Below, one piece after another: positions 54,901 through 64,000 of a stretch of 64,000 bases of DNA. Source of the DNA: the human T2T-CHM13v2.0 reference genome, Homo sapiens. The stretch lies in NCBI RefSeq assembly GCF_009914755.1, contig NC_060930.1; one strand, given 5' to 3'. Numbering within the stretch: position 1 is the stretch's first letter; every line of letters begins with the position of its first letter. Below the pieces are notes generated by a model, which was not told the origin of the DNA, did no database searches, and saw nothing but the letters and a program-made list of their open reading frames with translations. The position numbers and the translations under genes were made by a program.

Positions 54901-57739
54901 AGTGTAAACATCCTTTTCTCTTGGTTGTTATGAAAAAGAGATTATACAGCCACAAATGAAAAAGATGTTATAGGAAATGGCATTATCATGGGAGCTTCGG
55001 GATTGATTCAAGGAGATAGGTTGAAATACTAATTATGAACAAAATGTAAGGTAATGTGTAAAAGAACACAGAATCCACTGTAATGGAGAAAGAAAGGTAG
55101 ATAGATAGGCTGTATGCATATAGTGAGGTACAGTAACCCCATCCATGGAGAGAAAATGTGAAACAGAGCAAGGTAATGGAGGAAATAGTAAAAGGAAAGA
55201 AGGAGGAAATAAGCAAGGAAAGGTTAGCCAGGATAGAAAGGTAGTTTGAGAGACATGTTAGCTGAGGGAGAAGAGACAGGATATTTGCAAAATTTTGTAG
55301 CTTGAAAGGTCAACAGCATCAGCTACTTCCAGCATTTCAATTGCAAGGGTAGATTCATTGTCAATGTCATAGTTTAGTTGCTGAGCTTTACATAGGACTA
55401 GTTTGTACTGGTAACTTTGATGAGTTTAGTGAGAAGAGGCAACAACAGGAAAAAAATACCTCAATGAGAAACAGCTTATTAAATTAATACCACTCAAAAC
55501 AGATTTATATTGCAGGTTTTAAGCAAATACAGTTGTTTTAAAAGCAAGAGGTTCAACTGTATTCTTGTTGATATTGATTAATATGTAGGGAAATAAACCA
55601 AAATTACATGTTTTCCATGAGAAGAATCATATTTTCAGTGAGAAGAATTACAATTTTCTAGTAAAAAATATCGAATTTCTGTTTTAAAAGATAAATTGTG
55701 CCTTTTTTTTATGAACTATATGCCATTGGCAAAAATAAAACACACACACACACAAAACACCCGAAAAGAACAAAGAAAAAAATCTAGAAGCAGTTGTTTT
55801 GATCAATCCTTTCCACCCCTGCCAGCATCAATGTACTTCGTAAGACTATAAAAATCAAATATTTTAAAAATGCTGATTCATTCTTTGGAAAGCTCTACCT
55901 TGAGTTAGGGTAGTTTGTTTTTTGGCAGTCTTGTCTCTTCAGATGTGATGTGGGGTGTTTGCCAATATACTGAAAACGCAGCATCACGGCTGTTTCTCTG
56001 ACCTCAGCATCCTGAAGTGGTGTTTCAGCTCCTGCTCTCCTTACATCGTTTTACCAGTAGGTCCAGTGCATTTAGATTTGTCATTAGCTTTTAAGGTGAG
56101 GTTTGGGCAAAATCCATTTTATTTTGGATGACTTATCATCCCACTGATTCTTGACTCCTTGGTAATTCTGCTAATGCTAATTTTTTTAGCTTCATATATT
56201 TTCATTAGGGCTTGAAAGTCTCTGAGCTTTTCTTACTGATTGCATCCTATCCATGGCATTCAAATGTGTCTGAATTTCAACTTGTTGAAATCATTGAAAC
56301 TTAAATAAAAACTGAGAGGTTGTTTTATAGTTAAAAAAAAAAAAACCTGTTAAGAATGTCTTTAAAATAAGTCTTGTGATAATGAAATGTACCGCTTAGC
56401 AGTATGCATGTACCAGTTGGGACTACTGGTTTCTATATTTAAGAAGTAACTCTTGCTAATGAGGGTGCTGTTCAACAATGATTTTAGCACTTGTGCATGA
56501 TCCAAATGATAATGTTTAATTATTCTGTTTGCGTGCCAAGTGACTTTTTTTATATAACCTTGATTTGCCTCTTTGTAAGCCTTTGTTTTCCTCTGTATGT
56601 AACTTATTCATATTTGTAATTAACAATTTAAATCCACTGTTTGGAGCATTAAGGAATTAGTTAATACTGATATCTCAAGTTAAGAAGTGACTCCCCAAAA
56701 AAAAGTTGTGGGGAGAATTAAAACAAATATTTTCTGTTTTGTTTTGTTTCTTTATTTGTGGTTCTTTATCTTGTTTTGTTTAAATTGTTTGGTAATTAGA
56801 AGTTATTTACGGGATTTAGGTTATTTGGTAGCATTGTAAATAGCTTCCTTTCATGTGTTGCTTTGCCGGTCTTTGGGGATAATAATAAGAGTCCTTTGAG
56901 CTGACCTAGTAAAGCCGTTTATTCAAGGATCACTTGATTATGAATACTGGGGGAAGGGGGTTAGCTTTTCTACATTCTAGATTCTTCTATACCTTATCCT
57001 TGCTGCTTCTTGTGATACATATTAGTGAAAAGGGAACTTTCAGCCATGTATTAATGCTTTTGAAGTTCAGTAGTGCATAGATTTCAGCATAAAGTAAGAT
57101 TATACAGTTTGCAATATGAACAGGGACATATAGAAGGATACACATGCATTCATATAGAGATATACAAACTCAAGCAAAAGATAGAGTAACTCTAAATTAT
57201 GTTCCATGTGATGTATCTATATTTGTTCTCTGTCAAGGATAAAATGGAAGAAAATTGAAAATTTCCTAACTGTATTTTGGTTGGTAAAATACAATCTCAA
57301 AAGTAAAAAATTATTTGATTTCGCCTTAAAAGTGATTTTGTTTAGGGTTTTTCTTTAGGGTTTTGCTACAGATAGATGTATCACAGGGTACATTTTATAA
57401 TTCAGTGATACTTTCCATATTTTATTTATTCATTTATATTAGTTGGTGGGGAACAAGTAAAAAATTGATTAATTCTTATTATACAGGTAAGTTTTCATTG
57501 TTTTACGGCTACTTAATAGCAGTACAGTGGAGTAAAGCACATTTTCAGAATTCACATGCCCACTTATCTGTGTAGGTTCAGTTCTAAAATGTTTTTCACA
57601 GTGAGTCACTGTCATTAGCTTTCCAAAAATGACAATTTCAAGGACAGCCCTAATTTGTACATGTGAATTTTTATGTGCTTGTTGAAAATCAGTCCAGAGG
57701 CATCTGGGGAAGATGGTGGTAGCATGGCATCAGAGTTTT

Positions 57740-58082
57740 TTTGTTGTTGTTGTTTTATTTTTTTATTTTTATTTTTATTTATTTATTTATTTATTTTTTT
57801 GAAATGGAGTTTCGCTCTTGTTGTCCAAGCTGGAAGCAATGGCGCAATCTTGGCTCACTGCAACCTCTGCCTCCCGGGTTCAAGTGATTCTCCTGCCTTA
57901 GCCTCCTGAGTAGCTGGGATTCCAGGCATGTGCCACCACGCCCAGCTAATTTTTGCATTTTTAGTAGAGACGGGGTTTCACCTTGTTAGCCAGGATGATC
58001 TCGATCTCCTGACCTCGTGATCCGCCCGCCTCGGCCTCCCCAAAGTGCTGGGATTACAGGCATGGGCCACCACACCTGGCCC
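57740..58082 (-). mobile_element. Alu (AluS-like), antisense, with a long compound tail
   Basis: Full dimer; TSD cagagttttt on both sides. Confidence 0.93.
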
Positions 58083-58664
58083 AGAGTTTTTCCATGTCTT
58101 TTGCCTTTGCCATTTTCCTTCCATTGGTAAAGCAGTTACATTTATAAAGAGACATTTGTAAAGAGAATAACTAGACAGCAAAACTAAAACGTACAATGTT
58201 TGCAACCAAACTAGATGACAAGAGAGATCCAAAATAAATCCAGGTGGCGATAAGCCACCACCAGCCACAAAACGTACAAGACATCACTGCCTGTATGAGA
58301 GGAAAGAGAAGGAAGTGAGGGTGCCTAAGAACCAGATAGCCCCCAAAATAGGCAACAGATATTTAATGGAAAGCTGGCTTGAGAGCAGAGCTAAACCTGG
58401 AAGGGTTTTGCCATGCGCAGAGGCTAGGGTAAAAAAGGTGTGACATTTCTAGAATGCTCTTGCCTGCTGTGAGCTCTCAGACTGGACCCATCAGGGCTTC
58501 CTTCTAGAAAGAAGGTCTCATGCTGAGCAAAACTTCTGGGAATAGAATCAATATGGAGCATCTCAAGGCAACAGAAATGAAAGGAGAAGGCCTAGTCCAA
58601 ACTGTTCCTACGTGCTGGTAGAGGGTATGGGGGAACAGGACCAGGAAGTCTCAAACTCAAGTAC

Positions 58665-59029
58665 TGCTATGAATGGAATGTTTATGTCCCCCAAAAATTC
58701 ATGGGTTGAAATCTAATCCCTAGTGTGATAGTGTTAGGAGATGGGGCCTTGGAAGTGATTAGGTCATGAGGATGGAGCTGTCATAAATGAAATTAGTACA
58801 TTCATAAAAGTGACCCCAGAGAGCTCTCTCTTCCCTTCCACCATGGGAGGACGCAGTGAGAAGACGGCTGTGTATGACCCAGGAAGCAGACTCACTGGAC
58901 CACAGATCTACCAATCCTTTGATCTTGGACTTGCCAGTCTCCAGAACTGTGAGAGATAAATCTCTGCTGTTTTATTTAAGCCACTCAGTCTATAGTATTC
59001 TGTTATAGCAGACTGAATAGATTGAGACA
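58665..59029 (+). mobile_element. MaLR solo LTR (MLT1A0-like)
   Basis: tgctatg, tgtcccccaaaaattcat, ccagaactgtgagagataaa motifs; ends gagaca. Confidence 0.85.
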
Positions 59030-59921
59030 CATGCTGTAATTGTAAATACCACACAAAAGCAAAAGAAGAGGAATCTCTGTGAAGTTAGAAAAGCTCTCCT
59101 CAACCTCATTTTGTTATAAAAGTTTAGGAAAATTAATTATACAACCAAAAAAATGAGCAACAAAAGTATCAAGACCAAATCTCATATAAAGGAATTTTAA
59201 GAAAAAGAGATAAGGAACAAAATTATATCACTACAAATAAAGCATGCCAGTGTAACTACTTTATGAATGGGAGGAAAATGGAAAAGTAAATCTATATTTT
59301 AATGTTTTCACTAATCATGTGGGTGGTAGTATTGGTATTAGTGTTCTAAGACTATTGTGTACGTAATATGATAAAAAGCAAATGAATAATTATGGGATTG
59401 TCTAGGTCTATCATCTCTTGTGTCCTTGAGAACCAGATTTTTGGTTTTGAAAAAAGGAGATAGAGGTGTATTAGAAAACAAGTTAAGTTAAATCAGAAAT
59501 TTGAATTGGAATCATCAATGTAACTTCAAGAGAAATTTTACCTTCAAATGCATATTTCCCAGCTCTGTGCAAAGAAAAAGCCTGTTAACACTGAAAAGGC
59601 CTAAAAGGTGTGCTTGGAACATCTTGTAATAGTAGCTAATAAGGAAGCTGTTGAAGACTGTTAGAGTCACATTAAAAGTTGCCAACTGAACTTGACCTTC
59701 AATAATGAGAATTGCAATAGATTGAAACCCATCAAATACATTAAAATCTCATGATATTTAAAATGAACAAAAGCATTGATCATCTTTGGAAAATAATAGG
59801 AAACCATTTCATGATACTGAAAATTAGTCAACACAGTAAAATATTTATCCTGACTTTTCTAAATGAACTGTACCACAGAGTACCTAAATGTTAGACATGG
59901 TGATGTTTCTTTATAAAAGTA

Positions 59922-60475
59922 TGTATTAGGCAGGGCTGTCTAGAGGGTCAGAACTAATAGGATAGATGTATATATGAATGGGAGTTTATTAAGGAGTATT
60001 GACTCACATGATCACAAGGTGAAGTCCCACAGTAGGCTGTCTGCAAGCTGAAGAGCAAGGAAGCCAGTTTGAGTACCCAAACCTCAAAAGTAGAGAAGCC
60101 GACAGTGCAGCCTTCAGTCTGTGGCCGAAGGCCCAAGAGCCCCTGGCAAACCACTGGTCTAACAGTCCAAAAGTTGAAGAACTTGGAGTTTATGTTCGAG
60201 GGCAGGAAGCTTCCAGCACGGAAAAAGATGAAGGCCAGAAGACTCAGCAAGTCTGCTCTTCCATCTTCTCCTGCCTGCTTTGTTCTAGCCATACTGGCAA
60301 GTGATTAGATGGTGCCCACTGATTAGATGGTACCCACCGGGTTTGAGGGTGTATCTGCCTCTCCTAGTCCACTGACTAAAATATTAATCTCCTTTGGCAA
60401 CACCCTCACAGACACACCCAGGAACAGTACTTTGCATCCTTCAATCCAATCAAGTTGACAGTATTAACCATCACA
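59922..60475 (-). mobile_element. ERVL solo LTR (MLT2A-like)
   Basis: tgtattag ... caatcaagttgacagtattaaccatcaca; 5-bp TSD aagta at 59917-59921 and 60476-60480. Confidence 0.9.
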
Positions 60476-61283
60476 AAGTATTCCAAGTAATAAATGAAAA
60501 ATGAATGATAGAATGACACCATTTTGCAATTCCCAATGAATGGATACGGACACTTAGCATGAACAGCTGCTAAGATCACCTAAGAGAGGTGACAGCTATT
60601 ATGTGCCTCCTATAACACTGCCAAATACCACTAATTGTCTTGACAAAAGTCTGCTGCATTATCTGGATCAAGTTGCAGATTTGTAGGAGGTTATCAAGAG
60701 GACAGACGAAAGTACTGAGCTGTACCAAAAATAGACATTCTGTAAAATCCAGACTCTGGAAAACTCTGCAGGTCAAATTGCCTGAGTTTTCCAACAGACA
60801 AACTGTAGGGAAATGGCAGGTGTGGAGGAGGGACCTGTAAATTAAAAGTGATTTAAAATATGTCAGATTTTTTTTTAATAAGCAAAACAAATTAAGGATA
60901 GACATTGGAGTGATAAAACTATTTTTGAAACATAATTCAAGTTATGTACTACTTCAAAAAATGAAGTTGATGGTAATAATGGAGAGGGGAAGAAAGTTTT
61001 GCCTGGAAGCGGCTTCTCGAATGTGCAGCAGTGTTCCATTTTCTGACTGATAATATTTCATTAAGCCATACTTTTTTGTGTATATATTTTGTTTTACTTT
61101 AAAATAAAAAGAATTCTAAAAATAAATCAGTCTAGTCACCAAAATTTTACAAATGGCTGTCTCTGGATGGTCAAATAGCTGGCAATTTTTATTTTATTTT
61201 TATTCCTTCATGTATATTTTATTTTTCTTTCTAGTTGTACTTATACCAAACATGTGTTATATACACCATTTAAATCTTTTTTA

Positions 61284-61477
61284 AGTAGCTGGGACTGCAG
61301 GCACGTGCTGTCATGCCTAGCTTTTTTCCTTTTTTTTTTTTTTTTTAATTTTTTTTTATAGAGATGGGGTTTTGCCGTGTTGCCCAGGCTGGTCTCGAAC
61401 TCCTGAGTTGAAGCAATCTGCCCTCCTTGGCCTCCCAAAGTGCTGGCATTACAGGTGTGAGCCACTGCATCCAGCCT
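61284..61477 (-). mobile_element. Partial Alu (AluJ-like), antisense
   Basis: gtagctgggactgcagg ... gagccactgcatccagcc. Confidence 0.85.
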
Positions 61478-62754
61478 ATTTATAAAATGACATTTTAATA
61501 TAATTTTTTAGAAAACCAACCACATGGCATCTAATCAGTACATTATTTAAAATGAAGGACAAATTTAGGATGCAATATTAGATATTTTAGTCAATGGCTA
61601 TGGATTCTTTCCCTTTCAAAACTTAAAACAGTTCCATTTTTCTAGAAGCAGTGACATAGTCTTGTAAAAAGGCTCAAGTTTTCAAGAACATTTTTTTCCT
61701 TACTGAACTTGGTTGGAGTCCATCAAAGGCTTAGTGTGAGTTTACTTAGGCTTCAAAAACCTGATGATAATCTCCTCAGAGGCCATGATGGTTAAATGAG
61801 ATTGAAGGAAAACAATTTATAAGGTACAAGGTCCTATGCTAACCTGTTACCCTTGTGTTTGATCTAATGGGATCTGCAAAATCTGTTCTCCTTTTCTTAC
61901 AGAAATAAACAGAAACCGAATCTTCCAAGAAATGCATTTAAAATGTTGGGTAATTTGTGTAGTAATGATTGTTCCTTTCAATTTTATCTTTCTATCATAA
62001 TATCAAAAGTTATTTCCTTAAAAAAAATAAAAATGTATTATACCTAGTGTAAAGGCAGAGTTGAGTTTGATTATATTTATTATGGTAAGTGGGTGGTTCT
62101 CTTTTTTCTTTCTTTCTTTTTCTTTTTTTCCAAACCAAACCATTACTTTAGCATTTTAAAATAGAGAAATATTAGGTACTACTATTATATAATAAAAATC
62201 AAATTGGACCAAGTATATATAAATGTTTTAACATTTCGGTGCAAAAATGGGTTAAATTCACTTTATTGGCTCTATCCCAGCTGAAGAATTACATTCTGAT
62301 AACCTGAATATAATCCCTAATTCCTTGGGATGAATTACTTTTCACTTTTTCTTTTAATATTGCATAAAGTTTATGGCAATAATGAGTTAATGCTCTTAGA
62401 TTACAACTCTTTGTGCTAGCTTTTCCCCAAGGAAATAAAAATAAGCTATTTCTGTGTGTGTACTAACTTTTAAAAACATGTAAATATGAGTATTATTAGA
62501 AACTCTAATTTCAATAACTACTATAACTTTTGGGGACAGCAAGTAGTTGTTTGTTATTTTGTGCATGGGATAGAAAGGGGTTGTTTTTGTTATTGGTGGT
62601 TTTGCTTTGGTCTTTCATGTCTTGAAAATATTTAGCTAAAGAATGTATGCTGTGGAATTGAACTGGCACTTTTGAATAATTTGTCATTTTTTTCACAAGC
62701 AAGAGTTCATGTTGGAACTCAAATATAGATAAACTAGAAGAACTGATGCTAAGT

Positions 62755-62980
62755 AAAAGAAGCAAGTCATAAAAGACCATATATTATATTAATTTGTTTA
62801 TATGAAATGTCCAGAATAAGCAGATTCATAGAGAAAATAGATTAATGCTTGCCATGGGTTGTGGGAGGCGAAGGGTCATGGGTACAGAGTTTCTCTTTGG
62901 GGTGATGAAAATGACCTGTAATTAGATAGTGGTGATTTTTTTTAACTTTATGAATTCACTGAAACCACTGAAGTGTAAAC
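62755..62980 (+). mobile_element. L1MB-type 3' end fragment
   Basis: tatgaaatgtccagaataagcag, tttggggtgatgaaaatg and aaccactgaa motifs. Confidence 0.75.
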
Positions 62981-64000
62981 TGTACCTTACCCTTTCTGAG
63001 GCACACTGGGTAAGGGGCCTGATGCCTTGCCCACCTGGCCTTTCCTCTCACCCACTCACTCCACTCAGGGCTGTGAATTGAAGACCTGGATATGGCTTGA
63101 AAACCACTGGCCTAAGAGATCAAAACTTTTACATTGCTAGGTATGGAGTTTACTCCCAAGTAAAAGCTGGAGTCCATTGCTTATTAAGTATTTCTCTATA
63201 TTAACAGTGTACTAAGAACAGACAAAGAAATAAATTGGGTCATAAATGCTTATTCTTATACACGGGTCCTCTTTATGCATTTCTATTATGGAAACTTCTT
63301 TTTTTCCTTCCTTACCAAGACATTTAGGGTAAGCATATCTCTACACTAAATTATCTGCAGTTGTGATAACCATTGCAAAAGATGTGAAAATCGTTTATAG
63401 TAGATGATATATCCTTTTGGCTTTATTCTGAGACCCAGATACTGCTTCTCTAAAAGTTTCCTTATTTGCTCCCAACTACAATCTGTTTTTTTTTTTTTTT
63501 TCCTTTTCTGCCTGGTAAGAGCTGAATACTCTCAAACCGTCAGATCTTATAACAACCCTTTTTTCTCCACAGGGTTTCCTTGAATTCTTTTTCTTTTCAT
63601 GAATACCTTTTTCTTCTGCACTTTTGCTTTGCATTTGGGAAGCCCTATATCCATATAACTGCAGATCATTATGTAGTTAATATTCAGTTATTCAGGAAAA
63701 GATGGGTCATTGTGAATCTGATGGCAAAGCCTGGTGATAGCATGGGGCTGGCACCTTGTTGCAGGTTGTTTGTTTTGTCAGTGTAAAAACTGATGAATTT
63801 TAAATGATAAGTAGCTGCGGCTTAATCATGTCTCATCTCTGCTTTGCAAGCCAAGAGAATCAAAAGTTCCCTTAATTATTGACTAGAAGCAGACATGTTT
63901 TGATAGAAGGGGAATGGATAGAAAGTGGCAAAACTATATAAGGGTTAACTCAGAACTTAGTTGTTTTCAAAAATAGTTTGGTTTTTGTTTTTGTTTTTTT

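Noticed and set aside
57700-57716. gcatctggggaagatgg (SGED), resembling the start of the next expected utrophin exon (TTSGEDVRDF)
   Set aside because: No polypyrimidine/AG acceptor in the right place and the frame does not continue as utrophin; it resembles an old L1 5' aagatgg motif. The real exon appears to lie beyond the window.

Overview
Primate (very likely human) genomic DNA, AT-rich and rich in Alu, L1, MIR and LTR repeats, lying entirely inside the utrophin gene (UTRN, + strand). Eight GT-AG coding exons (61, 62, 75, 202, 86, 158, 167 and 112 nt; 923 nt in one continuous frame) encode the WW, EF-hand and ZZ cysteine-rich (beta-dystroglycan-binding) region. Their sizes equal dystrophin exons 62-69, but the residues are utrophin-type. 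The next exon was not found in the window. The most striking unexplained structure is a 299-bp, 100%-identical inverted repeat (45733-46031 / 51167-51465). It is not a young transposon, it brackets the 112-nt ZZ exon, and the second copy has small hairpins at both junctions. Other observations: a 44-bp intronic stem whose four mismatches are all G.U wobbles on the sense strand (32896-33026); a phase-compatible consensus donor in the intron expected to host the Up71 first exon (14887|14888); a MADE1 with an internal insertion; a perfect 20-bp palindrome; and several small templated duplications. Repeat boundaries and subfamilies were read by eye and are approximate.
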